Below are positions 1-13,852 of a stretch of 64,000 nucleotides of DNA, piece after piece. Source of the DNA: Octopus vulgaris. Its lineage: Eukaryota. The notes below the pieces were generated by a model, which saw nothing but the letters and a program-made list of their open reading frames with translations, was not told the DNA's origin and did not search any database. The DNA lies in contig OX597821.1 of assembly GCA_951406725.2 (NCBI GenBank), positions 79,298,001-79,362,000 on the forward strand, in the 5' to 3' direction. A program made the translations under genes and the position numbers. The stretch's first letter is position 1, and every line of letters starts with the position of its first letter.

Positions 1-1
1 T

Positions 2-47
<46 letters not shown>

Positions 48-93
48 CATGTATGTAAAACTGTATTTGTGCACGTGTATATTCATTTACTTT

Positions 94-470
94 TTCAGTC
101 ATTTGATTACTGGAATAACGCCTTAACGTGTTTTAGAGGAACAAATCGACCCCATAATTTATTGTTGCCAGACTAGTATTCATTCTATAACTTTCCCTTG
201 TCAACCCGCTCCATAACAGGGACGTAAACACACCAACATCAGTTGTCAAGTGAGAGTGAGGGGGACAAACACAGACACACATAAGTATATACATAGATAT
301 AAGACGTGTTTATTACAGTTACTCTCTACTAAATACACTCACAAGGCCTTGGTCAACCCGAGGATATAGTAGAAGACACTTGCCCAAGATGCCATGCAGC
401 GGAACTGAACCGGAATCTATGTGTTTGGGAAGTTAGTTTCTTACCACACAACCACGTCTCCGTCTTCACA
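94..470 (-). mobile_element. tRNA-derived SINE, degenerate (family 1); duplicated at ~12457-12833
   Basis: Reverse complement of the SINE body at 2762-2930 and 4958-5294 (ggttcagt...cttgggcaagtgtcttctactata...gccttgtgagtg). Confidence 0.75.
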
Positions 471-1174
471 CAGCTCCGCCTCCGCGAGATATAAATATAC
501 ATATATGTGTTTGCGTAAGAGTGTGTGAATGCGTCTGTGTGTATGCAGTGGGGACCCAGGATCTTTTTTGTTTCCAAAAAATTACTATATTAGTTGGGAA
601 TCGCAATTTGTAACAAATGGACACATTTTTATGTATTCTATGTTGTAGCAGACCAGAAACATATAAAACAGTTATGCTCTGAAAAACCTTGGTCCCGGTA
701 CTTTTTTGGTGTTGGATCGGCCAGAAAGGGTGTGACCCGGGCAACTAGGGCAACACCCCTGCCTCAACTACTGGTATCTATGTAGACATGTAAGCTTGCT
801 GCATTTATATGTTGATGGATGGATGGATGGATGGACGCATGTATGCAGGTAAGCTTGATGTATGTATGTATGTATGTATGTATGTATGTATGTATGTATG
901 TATTATGAATGTGTATGCGTGTGTCATTTATTGAGTCACCACTATACAAATGGCAAACAATGCTAATTTCTTTGAGAGAGAAAGTTGTATGAAATATTTG
1001 GAGAAGAGGATTGTTGACTATTTTAGGAGCAAAGCTTTGTTGTTTACTTCACTTGACTTAACATTTAGAACATACTTAAACAACCTGCCACTGTCTTGTG
1101 TCTCGACTACTACAATGTATCAGAATATTAATGCAATGACAAGGACGTAGTACTACAATGTTGTGGTAAACAAC

Positions 1175-1231
<57 letters not shown>

Positions 1232-1323
1232 TATCATCATCAGCTTTATATTATATATGCATATACATAATATGTATATAATACATACATATTTATATGT
1301 GGGCGTATGTATTTATATATATG

Positions 1324-1371
<48 letters not shown>

Positions 1372-1419
1372 TACATATATACATATAGACATACAGATAG
1401 ATAGATAAGATAGATAGAT

Positions 1420-1503
<84 letters not shown>

Positions 1504-1807
1504 GGGATAGATAGATATATTACATGTGTGTGTCCGTGTAACTACAATAAGGGCTTAGAAATAAATTTCCTAGCCATATGCTGAGAAAAAGACGCTAAAT
1601 TGCCTCATCACTGAAAAAAGTCAGAAACACATGTTGAATTCGATGCAACAAGCCAACGGAAATTTTCGATAAGATAATTCTGCATTAGCTAAAATCTGGA
1701 TCTGCCCAAATGCTCTCCCATCTTCAGCGGAAACATACTATAGATATAAATGAGATATTTATTAATGCACATAGGAAAGCGAAACGCAAATCCATAAATA
1801 CGCATAA

Positions 1808-2623
1808 ATTCCCCATTCTGCTGCCAGTTTGCGTAGACGCAGGCCAGCAAGTGTCCGAGCAAGTCCGGCATACTACGATAAAATTCATAGGGCAGACCAT
1901 CCAGCCCCGGCGACTTGTTCCTGGCGCATTCATCCAGCACATCCCCGACCTCCGCAGCTGTAATCGACTCTTCACCACATTCGGGCTCCCGCGCCGAGAG
2001 TCGCGGCCCGCCGGCGAACAAGTCCTTTAGGGACACACCACGGTCTAGCGCCCCGCTCGTCCCAAACCACCGGTCGAAATCTCTAATGATTAGTCCACGT
2101 CCACTGTGGAACGAGTACCTCACTCAGTCTATATTGGTCTACTAGGTTATAGCTTGCTAGTAGCTTTTTTAGACCAGAACGTCCCCTTCTATCGGTCGAG
2201 CCAACACTATCCACCCCTGCTTCGAGAATAGTGTTAACGTCTCCTACTATATCTAGAGTTTTAGACGTCACCAGAAAGCTCTCCAGGTCTCGAAAAAAAA
2301 AACACCTTGTCTACCCTCTTTCGGAGCGTAGACCGCTAACGACCTAAAGGACTGCTTACTCGCTTGTCACATCTAAGACGACCAACCTAACTTCTCGGTC
2401 CAGAAAGACTGTACTTACCTGTATGTCCAAGCTTTTTCTGAACAACACCACCAGGCCCCCGTCTCCCCGTCGACTAGGAGAAATAAATTTCTCATAGCCA
2501 TTTAGAAGAGACAAGAACCCCTGTGGCCCGTTCAACTTCCACTCAGTCGCAACACATATATCCGGTTCTAGTGAACTGAAGTCGTTCAGGAGACAAGTTT
2601 GCTTCTATTTCGATCTCAGGCCA
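1808..2623 (-). mobile_element. Tx1/L1-like LINE ORF2 fragment (APE endonuclease to pre-RT region), decayed
   Basis: Motifs IVGDVN and NKSPGLDGLPYEFY in minus-strand ORFs. Confidence 0.8.
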
Positions 2624-2949
2624 TCTTCCAATTTTTATTTTCTATTTTGGTTGGGGAAAGGAATTGTAGCTTCGTTTCTGCGCGATTGATGCCCTTATAG
2701 ATTGTTGTTATTTTCTCGGTGCACATCATTCCCCCTTCTGGGAGTGACATGGCTCTCAAGTAGGCGTAGGGGTGGCTGTATGGTAAGTAGCTTGCTTACA
2801 AACCACATGGTTCCGGGTTCAGTCCCACTGCGTGACACCTTGGGCAAGTGTCTTCTTCTATAGCCTCGGGCTGACCAAAGCCTTGTGAGTGGATTTGGTA
2901 GACGGAAACTGGAAGAAGCCCGTCGTATATATGTATATATATATATATC

Positions 2950-3632
2950 AACAGGACCATTTAAGGACCATTAAAAGGACCATTTAAGGCGAATTAAACT
3001 TTTTTGGCTGCTATTTCTACTAAGTTCAGTATGTGGCAAAGTAATTTATTTTACTAAGCCCTAATTATATAATGTAATATTTTGAATTCGCCTTAAATGG
3101 TCCTTTTACATACTGAACACTTGGTGAAATTGATTGATTAATTAATTTTACCCTCAATTGTTAATATTATAATTCATTTCTCTCCGTCATACTGCCTCGG
3201 TTCTCGCGGTTAAAATATAATGTTTGCTAGATAGACCACGTGGGTGGAAAAGGAGTGCAGAAATTTACGCCTGCGCATTTTGAATTTGTTGGCACTGTCA
3301 GTAGGAGCTGGTTCATCTGAAGCGACAAGTACGCCGATGGGTAAAGTTCCTTCTTTTTAGTGTTTCCAAATCCAAATTAAGAAATTTTGAGCTGACGATA
3401 GAAATGCTGATTTTATTTGGCTAATCTTGAAACGTTGACGTACTCAAACGATCTATGTACTTGTGATATTTTTCTGTATTTACCTCCAAACCTTCGTGAG
3501 CTGTCTGGAGTAAACATTATCTGAGAGAAACTTTCTTTAAGTAGTAGAAACGGCTAAAAAAACTTTTGGGCTGCTATTTCTACTAAGTTCAGTATGTGGC
3601 AAAGTAATTTATTTTACTAAGCCCTAATTATA

Positions 3633-3637
<5 letters not shown>
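2950..3637 (+). mobile_element. Retrozyme-like non-coding element, family A copy 1 (563 nt period, ~75 bp terminal direct repeat)
   Basis: Direct repeat ctgctatttctactaag...ccctaattatataat at ~3008 and ~3571; internal hammerhead; flanked by (TA)n; homologous to 29147-30192. Confidence 0.75.
3386..3448 (+). ncRNA. Type I hammerhead ribozyme motif (family A)
   Basis: tttgag CTGACGA [stem II] GAAA cgttgacg TA ctcaaa; stem I tttgag/ctcaaa, GUA cleavage triplet. Confidence 0.8.
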
Positions 3638-3702
<65 letters not shown>

Positions 3703-4957
3703 TCCCCACAACATCGCTTGACAACCGATGCTGGTTTGTTTATGTCCCCGTAAATTCGCGGTTCGGCATAAGAGATCGATAAAATAAGTAGTAGGCTTAC
3801 AAAGAATAAGTCCTTGGGTCGATTTGCTCGACTAAAGGCGGTACTCTAGCATAGCCACAGTCAAATGACTGAAATAAGTAAAAGAGTAAGTAATAATACG
3901 TTTCCCCAAATTTGTGACTTTCGCCGAAGATGATTTTTCTTTATTGTTGTTGTTGCTGTTGTTCCTGCTGCCCTGATAGATTATGTTAATGTTCTTCTCG
4001 TTCATTTTATTGTTGTTGTTGTTGTCTCAATTGTGGCGGCTGCTGTCGACGTTACAGTTGTAGTTATTATTGCTGTTGCTAAAGCTATCAGCGCCATTGT
4101 TGGTAGCTTTATCGCTGCTGCTGATTACATTATTATTGTCATTGTTGTTGTCGTAGTTCATACTAATACTAGTGCTATTATTGTTACTGTTGTCGTCATC
4201 GTCGTCGTCGCTGCGCTGATGTTGTTTACTGTTTTGTGTTTTATTGCTTGTAGTTTCTTTTCTTCTTTCCATGGGAGTGGCAACCGACTCGTATGGCTGA
4301 CTACTATGTCAGATCGTTCAACTACGACGTAAGAGGTGAGGCGAATACATTTCCTCCAAAAACTACTCCGCTATCTAAATTTTTAGGAAAAGAAATTATT
4401 AGAAGATATGTATGGGAAAACCTCTCGGAACAAGCTGATGCCAGTTCCATCATTACAAATGGGAGAATCTCCTTCAGTAGAAACCTGGATGCATCCGCGA
4501 AACAAAAGTTACAATTTCAGCGCTCGGAAATATTATAAATCGTATAAAGAGTAAATTTAGAGGAAACTCACCAGCGATATTCCAAGCTTAGAAGTCATGT
4601 GTGATGCCTAATAATAATTCTTTCTAATTTGGTCAAAAAGTCGGCAATTTTAGGGGAGGAGATTGTCCATTAGTTCGACCCCGTTCCTAAATTGGTATCT
4701 CTTCGATACCCGAAAGATGAAATACAAATCCAAACTCGGGGAATTTGAACTCATAACGTAAAAACGCACGAAATGTCGCTACTTCTAATCGTCCGACCTG
4801 TCAACTCACCGCATTCATAATAATAATGTTTTCGTTATTAGCCACACAAAACAGAAAAGGACAATACAACACAAGGGACAAGATATATACATATAGAGAT
4901 ATATGGACACACACACACACAAACACATATATGTATGTGTGTGTGTATGTATGTATA

Positions 4958-5294
4958 GCCTCGGGCCGACCAAAGCCTTGTGAGTGGATTTGGTAGATGG
5001 AAACTTAAAGAAGCCCGTCGTATATATGTATATATATGTGTGTGTGTGAGTGTATTTGTGTGTGTGTGTGTGTGAGTGTGCGTGCGTGTATGTTTGTGTG
5101 TCTGTGTTTGTCCCCCTAGCATTACTTGACAACCGATGCTGGTGTGTTCATGTCCCCGTCACTTAGTGGTTCGGCTAAAGTGACTGATAGAATAAGTACT
5201 AGGCTTACAAAGAATAAGTCCCGGGGTCGATTTGCTCGACTAAAGGCGGTGCTCCAGCATGGCCGCGGTCAAATGACTGAAACAAGTAAAAGAG
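4958..5294 (+). mobile_element. SINE family 1, 5'-truncated
   Basis: gcctcgggccgaccaaagccttgtgagtgg...(TG)n...ggcggtgctccagcatggccgcggtcaaatgactgaaac. Confidence 0.8.
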
Positions 5295-5326
<32 letters not shown>

Positions 5327-5493
5327 CTAAATATTAATTTACTAAAGATTGCCGAAACTATGCATAGTCCAGAAAGGAGAGGGTAAACGTTTTTATTTCT
5401 CTTTCCATTTCAGAATTACAACTATTAGTGGTTTGGAGTTTAGCTGCTCTTTCTAGTGAGTCGGATGTCCTATTATAGCCATCCCTTATATCT

Positions 5494-5545
<52 letters not shown>

Positions 5546-6909
5546 TCTTTTACTCTTATATATATATATATATATATATATATACCCACACATACATACA
5601 TACATACATACATACATACATACATACATACATAGAGACGTTTTGGCCAAGTCTATCTTTCAATCTATATGTTATATCGTTGGCGCGTCGGCAGAAATGT
5701 TTTACCGTATATTTTCTGGGTCTCTGCATTTAGAAGTCAAATCCCAGCTGTTTTGAGTAGTAAACGAGAAACCCTACAAATATTCATCGCAAGTCTAGTC
5801 ATTGTAGCCATTGTTCTAGTAATCTACTTAACGCTGGCAGGGCATTGTGTGGGTCCTCCCAGTTCGTACAAAGAGCACTGGAGAAGGTTCACAAACACAA
5901 GGTCTGCCCAAGGACAGACCACTAATAGCTTATATATGCACGATTCGTGTATAATTATCTCCGTTGGATTCGACTTTCGGGAAAAAATGCAGCACATGTT
6001 TTTGTACATGCATAACTGCATTAATATTTAGACTACACGAAATTATTTTTGTTTTATTTTTAAATTTATGCACTTAAAACTTTGTATCTACATTTATGTG
6101 CACCTGGTTGACAAGCATTTGTCACAAGTTTTGGTGTCCAAAGTTTGCAGCAATATCAAAACCTTGCAAATTCGAATACAAGTAAGAATATGTAATAAAC
6201 ATGTAGAAAAAAGTATATGCGCAAGATACGTACAATTCCACAAATTATGCGGATAATATAAAATATTTTTTGAATACACGAAGCTCTACAATGGGATGTA
6301 TACAACCAGAATGTGCACACAAAAATGTGTACATTAGGGCTTTTATGCGTATATACACGTACATCTATATGCACATGTATGTGTATGCGTATGTATAGTG
6401 TAGTGTTTGTATGTGTACATGTACACACATGCGGATGTGTGTTGTTGCACAGGAAAAAAACACATAATAACATAGATGGAAACAAAAATATGTACAGTAA
6501 CCTATGAATATACACTAAAAATAATGGTTATATAGCTATAGAAATGTTATTTTTTCCAATCTGCCCCATTTGTTTTCCCTCAGAAGTGTGTTGTGTTTAT
6601 ATTTCTGTCTACAATTCTACGTTGAGTCATTTATGATGCATATTTAGTGAATATACGATCCTCATGTAGGAGATGCTCTTGCTACATGTGAGGGAAATCT
6701 CTCCATTTTGGTGCTCTTTATTTTTAGCCTTACTTAAAACTACATGTAACTACCCAGTATTAAATACAAGCTCTCGTAGATATATTCCCACTCTGCTAAA
6801 AGACTAACCATGAGATTTATTTATGATAATAACAAAGAATGGTATCAAGGAGCAATGCTTGTGATTATGTTGAAAAAGTAGATTTGTTTTATGACAAATA
6901 AATTCGGTA

Positions 6910-7198
6910 GAGGCACATGGCCTAGTGGTTAGAGCAGCGGACTCGCGATCGAGGGATCGCGGGTTTGAATCTCAGACCGGGCTATGTGTGTGTTTATGAG
7001 CAAAACATCTAAGCCCACACGGCTCCGGCAGAAGGTGATGGCGAACTTCTGCTGACCCTTTCACCACAACTTTCTCTCACTCTTTCAGCTCACCTGCGAC
7101 GGACCGGCGTTCTGTCCAGGTGGGAAACCTATCCGCCAAGGAAACCGGGAAACCGGCCCTTATGAGCCAGGCGTGCCTCGAGAAGGAACAAACAACAA
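6910..7198 (+). mobile_element. tRNA-derived SINE family 2 (second copy at 57993-58295, minus)
   Basis: A box tggcctagtggtt, B box ggtttgaatct; two homologous copies; (aaac)n-like tail. Confidence 0.85.
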
Positions 7199-7495
7199 AA
7201 TAAATTCGTGAAATGAAAGCCCTTTCTTCTTAACTGCTGCCAGTTAATCTTTCTGCTGCATAAATGGGTGCGCGTTTCTTTAATTGTTGCTCATGTTCTA
7301 TTTATTAAACTTTCATGGGTCTCAGGTTTCGTTCTTACATTATAATACGCCAAACTTTTATTATCAGAATATGAGATGGAATTCCACGCGGATTTTGTTT
7401 ATTTAAAAACTCCACTTGAAAATTTAGAGCTCAAATTTATCATTATCATTATAATGATCATCATCTTGATCATGATAATCTTTACCCTTATCCTC

Positions 7496-7527
<32 letters not shown>

Positions 7528-9125
7528 CATCAATATCTTCGTCCTCGTTGTCGTCAACAGCATCTTCATCGTCGTCATCAACGTCATCGTCCTCAACAAT
7601 TATCGAATCATTGATTTTATATATTTTCTTGTTAGACCCGGTATATCCCTAGCCATATTCAGATGGCTTTAGTCCCTTATGTTATCGAGCAGTTACTGTC
7701 TATATCTCTTTTAGAGAATTATTATTGCTATATATATATACATATATACATATACATATATACATATATACATATATACATATATACATATATGTATATA
7801 TGTATGTACGTATGCAAGCAGTTTTCTTTTATTTCTCAGTAACGTTCCTCTCTTAAAAAGTCTTTTCATATAACCGTGTTAAGTCAAGTGCATCTGAAAT
7901 TTGAAAGGCTAATTTCAATACTTACAAATATGTCCCACATCCATCCAAGTATTGAAACTGGCTATTGTGTGAGAAATTTTGAATTCAGTAGATCACACAA
8001 AGATATACATATGTACCCTCAGGCACACATACATATGTCTCCTGGGTGAGTGTGACCCAGAGCGTACTGTTATGACCGAGACTTAGAATATTGGGGAGAA
8101 AAGGAGGAATGATGTATCTCTTTTTGTAGGATTGAAAATACACAGCCTTCTAGCTGTGATGTAATGTATATACGGGTTCGAGTGAGGCTAGTATTCCTAT
8201 CACTCTCTAGTTCTGGTGACCCTTATTCTTGAACCAGACGGATCACAGAGCTGAAAAACATGTATATTCTCTAAATAAACAAGAAATAGGGCAGAATATT
8301 TCTGCTCTTGTCTCACTGAGAAGACAGCATCAGTTGTATTTATTCTTGCCATAAAAACAGAAATCACGTCTACATTAAATTTCTCTTTCTAAGCAAATCG
8401 GATGTAATTCTTTTTGTAACCTTCATAACTTGCCCCAACAGTTTAACACCTCAAGCATTCTTCCTTTAATACATTACCTTTGCCTTTTATAGCAGTTAAA
8501 AATGGTATTACCACAAAAGTCACTGGGTATGAGACTCTCCTATTCAAGCTGATTTAGTTAGGGGCTGTCTAACCCGCATCCCACTCACGAGTATTTCGTA
8601 TCAGATACCTTCCCTACCTTCATATCTTTAAACGCATTCTCCACTGTACGGCTGTAAATTTGGATGGATGCCCCCCCCCCCCTCAACTGGGTTTACTTCC
8701 GATACACTCTTTATCCCTCTCCTATTCTTTTCATCCAACAAATTCTCATTATATCACGCCTGCTCTTCTTTCTTTACATTTCATGAATAACAAGAGTATC
8801 ATTATCATTCCGTACATAATCTCCATCAATAATGTCTTTCATTTCTCTCCCAGACAATCTTGCCATTCAGAATATGCCACACTTCTGATGTCTTAAAACA
8901 ATGATAAACTTCTTACTCTGCTCATCTTCCTTTCTTTGATATAAATGTTGCGTTGTTTCTTTTCTTGCAGCTTGGTGTTGCTTTTTGTGATCCTCTTTTG
9001 CCAATCTTTCCAAACCTGTCCCTTAACCTATGTGGCCCTTTCTATGCAGCTATTCCACTACATATATAAATTACATATGTATGTGTGTTTGTGCGTGTTT
9101 GTATACATATATATACACATATATA

Positions 9126-9577
9126 CAGGACAGTGCTTATAGCACCAGGAAGACATCTCCTCCAGTTGGCTAATGACACACAGTCTGTGTCCGATTAGTA
9201 TTTGCAAGGGAGGTCATCGCTCCCATGTCTAGCCTTACGTCATACACCCGGACGCAAGTTTCTTGGTGGCTACCTCCCCTCCCACCGAGCATGTGTTAAT
9301 CACTACCAAGTGATGAAAGTTCATTCCACTCGCAAATTATTATATATTTTTCTAGCGTCTCACAGTCGCTGATCTCGTAAAACGGAGAGATATGTTATTT
9401 TAAATTTAATATAACATATACAGATTTAATACAACGTATCTCTCTCTTTTACGAGATCAGCAACAGTGAGTCGCGAGAAAAGTATATAGTGATTTGGCTA
9501 CAGATGGGAGTTGTGTGTCGTTATTCAGCTGGAGGAGATGTCTTCCTGGGACTATAAGGTACAGTAGCACTGTCCTG
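9126..9577. mobile_element. MITE with long imperfect TIRs and TA target duplication (Tc1/mariner-like)
   Basis: TA|caggacagtgct...ccaggaagacatctcctccag versus ctggaggagatgtcttcctgg...agcactgtcctg|TA; additional internal hairpin 9368-9460. Confidence 0.75.
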
Positions 9578-9737
9578 TATGGCACGCCACATTCAGTTGG
9601 CAAATATAGTTTACAATTCCGTGCTGCTACTGTTTATATATCTCTCAGAAATTTTATATAAGATATGTATGCATGCATGTATGTATGTATATATACATAT
9701 ATGTATGTGTGTGCGTGAATGTGTGCGTAGTGTGTGT

Positions 9738-9775
<38 letters not shown>

Positions 9776-10692
9776 TTATGTATGTACTTGGTAAGGTGGA
9801 CACCCTTCGTTTAACTCCCTACAGGTCGAAAAGCAAACTATTTCAAAGGCCGGGTGAACACAGGAGAATCAACAACCCTCCAATGGCTGGGAGTTCGATA
9901 TAACTGCTTTTGTTGTAACATTTCTCTTATGTAATACCAATGATGTAGAATAGTTGTTTGTTTGGCAGGAATGTATTGGCTGTTTTGGGAGGGAGTCGGA
10001 ATTGCCATGTGCAAAGGTTCTCTCCTTCTATTTTTCCTCAGACGCAGCCAAAACGCACAGCCTTCGAACGACAAGGCACATAGCCTGCGATCGGCAAAAC
10101 ACAAAATTGAAAATTTCATGAGAGAACAAAGGTATGAGTCAGGGAAGATGGTAAGTCTCTCAAAACCTGCAGCAGGAAGTCGCCTTCGTTAGTATGTCTT
10201 TGATTGCGCAAAAGTGTTTAGATCCCTAACAGGACTAAAAAATACACGTCCCTGCTTCGTTGAGTAATCAAATGTGGCATATTTCGGAATCAAGTTGCAA
10301 CCATAATATGTGTTAGTTTATGTGTCATTGTATGCGTTTCTGTTTGGGTGTATGTGTGTGTTTTTAGAGGACATGAATTACGTATTTAATTTTAATAAGC
10401 TCACTGCAGTTTCTAGTGGTTACAGTGCATGCAGAGATGAGTGCTTGGGAATAAGCTTATAGTTTCTTCGAAGCTTCTAAAACGAAGTGCTTGTTTGTTT
10501 TGGAAAGCATTTATATACGTGGAAAAGATTAGCATGGAAAGCGTAAAAATGCATAAGAAATGCTGTAGAATTTGAAGAATAGAAACGACAATCAGAAATA
10601 ATCAGAGTTAGAGACAGAGAGAGTGTGAGTGTGTGGGGTGTGTGTGTGTGAGTGAGTGTGTGAAGGAGGGAGGGAGTGAGTGTCTGTGTGAG

Positions 10693-10731
<39 letters not shown>

Positions 10732-12072
10732 ATGTGTGTGTGTGTAAGTACATAATGAAGCCACATATTTATGAGTGTTCATACATATTTATACAAAATA
10801 CAAAAAGTATATATGTTAATATTTATTGTACGTATCACTGACCTTAAGAATCCAGACAAAGAAAAAGGAAATGGAAAATGAGAGACTCTAAAATTTAAAA
10901 AGAAAAAAATAGAAAGTGAAGAGAAATACTATGAAACACTTATAAGGAAATATTGTGTTAAGGTCGCAAATCTATCCACGTGTTTGTGGCCTTACAGCCT
11001 CTTACATGACTGACAATCTGACTTATCATAATGCTAGAAGAAGGCATACACAACACTGGTAATTCCTCCAATACACATTGTACAGTATCACAACGTCAGG
11101 GAACTCATTCGGATGAAGAATACAGAGCAGGAAGAATTGGTCAAAAGAAGGAACTACCAACGAAAACTAATAGACACACGAGACAAAATAATTCAACTGC
11201 TCATATCATTGCAAACTGTTCCAATCCTGTACAACACACTCGATTAAATAAGCCAAACAACACCTATAGGAATCAGCCTATATTTCCTTATCCTAACATG
11301 ATCCCTAAAGTAGTAGAGAACTGGTACCTTGCTAACCTACACGAAAGAGACAGATATATTAGCTAACACCTGCAACTCAGCATCCTCATCCTGCGCTCTA
11401 ATATACTGCTCTCTAGAAAGAAGACCTGAAGAGTCACTACCCATCGAAGAGAAGTCATGAGCCTCTAATTTATAAAACAAAATGACCAAGTAATACCTGA
11501 CAAATCACGAATGGAATCATTCGGCAAAGAAGACTTGGAAGAAATGTCTTTCGACATCGAACACGTCGCTGCACATGGAGCAAAAATACCAGGAAAATCA
11601 TCCTCCAACTGTTCTGTATTACCTGAACTCCCTGGAGAAATAGTGACAATAGGATCAACACTAACGTGGACCCTACAACATCATTTCCGATCAACACCCA
11701 GAAATGGGAGAGAGTCAAGAACACCTACACTCACCTCACCAGAAATCATATATTCAGAAAATGGAGAGGAGCAGAAGAATTGCCGCATTATACCCCGAAA
11801 CAAAACATCTGAGTTCCCTGACGACTCATCAAAAAAAGACAAAATATCCTTCGAAATCAGAGACTGAAGAACTCAAGTATCCCTCAAGATTGTTACGGGA
11901 AGTGGGAGAGACGTATCTCTCATACGTGACACAGAACATATTGAAACAAAGGGCAAAAACTCCTTCCGAACTATGGAATCTGAGGGTTTACAAACAAAAC
12001 TCTCCGAAAAGAAAGGCTTAGGTGCGACAAACACAAAAGCATTTTGGGGACCTGTGAACTAAACCCCCATAC

Positions 12073-12124
<52 letters not shown>

Positions 12125-12355
12125 AGTATGTATGTATGTATGTATGAATGTATGTATGTATGTATGTATATATATATTATTTCACAGGTTATTTAAATAA
12201 TTAGGTGCTATTACAGATTACTAAGGTTCCAAGGTTATAGCCGAGACGGCAGTTATAGAGCCATCGGAGATTTCCGATGCAGCGGATATATAATTGTTAA
12301 ACAGGACGTCAAACATCTCAAGTCATATACAATATTATATCATATTATATTATAT

Positions 12356-12363
<8 letters not shown>

Positions 12364-12410
<47 letters not shown>

Positions 12411-13537
12411 CATGTATGTAAAACTGTATTTGTGCACGTGTATATTCATTTACTTTTTCAGTCATTTGATTACTGGAATAACGCTTTAACGTGTTTTAGA
12501 GGAACAAATCGACCCCATAATTTATTGTTGCCAGACTAGTATTCATTCTATAACTTTCCCTTGTCAACCCGCTCCATAACAGGGACGTAAACACACCAAC
12601 ATCAGTTGTCAAGTGAGAGTGAGGGGGACAAACACAGACACACATAAGTATATACATAGATATAAGACGTGTTTATTACAGTTACTCTCTACTAAATACA
12701 CTCACAAGGCCTTGGTCAACCCGAGGATATAGTAGAAGACACTTGCCCAAGATGCCATGCAGCGGAACTGAACCGGAATCTATGTGTTTGGGAAGTTAGT
12801 TTCTTACCACACAACCACGTCTCCGTCTTCACACAGCTCCGCCTCCGCGAGATATAAATATACATATATGTGTTTGCGTAAGAGTGTGTGAATGCGTCTG
12901 TGTGTATGCAGTGGGGACCCAGGATCTTTTTTGTTTCCAAAAAATTACTATATTAGTTGGGAATCGCAATTTGTAACAAATGGACACATTTTTATGTATT
13001 CTATGTTGTAGCAGACCAGAAACATATAAAACAGTTATGCTCTGAAAAACCTTGGTCCCGGTACTTTTTTGGTGTTGGATCGGCCAGAAAGGGTGTGACC
13101 CGGGCAACTAGGGCAACACCCCTGCCTCAACTACTGGTATCTATGTAGACATGTAAGCTTGCTGCATTTATATGTTGATGGATGGATGGATGGATGGACG
13201 CATGTATGCAGGTAAGCTTGATGTATGTATGTATGTATGTATGTATGTATGTATGTATGTATGTATTATGAATGTGTATGCGTGTGTCATTTATTGAGTC
13301 ACCACTATACAAATGGCAAACAATGCTAATTTCTTTGAGAGAGAAAGTTGTATGAAATATTTGGAGAAGAGGATTGTTGACTATTTTAGGAGCAAAGCTT
13401 TGTTGTTTACTTCACTTGACTTAACATTTAGAACATACTTAAACAACCTGCCACTGTCTTGTGTCTCGACTACTACAATGTATCAGAATATTAATGCAAT
13501 GACAAGGACGTAGTACTACAATGTTGTGGTAAACAAC

Positions 13538-13594
<57 letters not shown>

Positions 13595-13686
13595 TATCAT
13601 CATCAGCTTTATATTATATATGCATATACATAATATGTATATAATACATACATATTTATATGTGGGCGTATGTATTTATATATATG

Positions 13687-13732
<46 letters not shown>

Positions 13733-13780
13733 TACATATATACATATAGACATACAGATAGATAGATAAGATAGATAGAT

Positions 13781-13852
<72 letters not shown>

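Larger units (their letters stand above)
1..2623. repeat. Copy 1 of a near-identical ~2.6 kb duplication (copy 2 at ~12364-14972)
   Basis: The same ORF set recurs at an offset of 12363 (12349 after microsatellite length differences); shared sequence ends at ...cgatctcaggcca. Confidence 0.95.
2762..3890 (+). mobile_element. SINE family 1 split at its internal (TA)n by a hammerhead-bearing element
   Basis: tRNA-like head ggctgtatggtaag...ggttcagtcccac at 2775-2830; 3' half resumes after (TG)n at ~3700 and ends ggcggt...gtcaaatgactgaaataagtaaaagag. Confidence 0.8.

Noticed and set aside
1655-1733. Minus-strand CTGAAGA...GAAA hammerhead-like pattern (also in the duplicate)
   Set aside because: No complementary stem I strand or valid stem III after GAAA
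5669-6031. ORF with a transmembrane-like stretch
   Set aside because: No recognisable domain, start or convincing splice pair; cannot support it as an exon
10990-12060. A-rich short ORFs and two CTGAAGA motifs
   Set aside because: Probably an old TE remnant, but no diagnostic motif; no hammerhead stems
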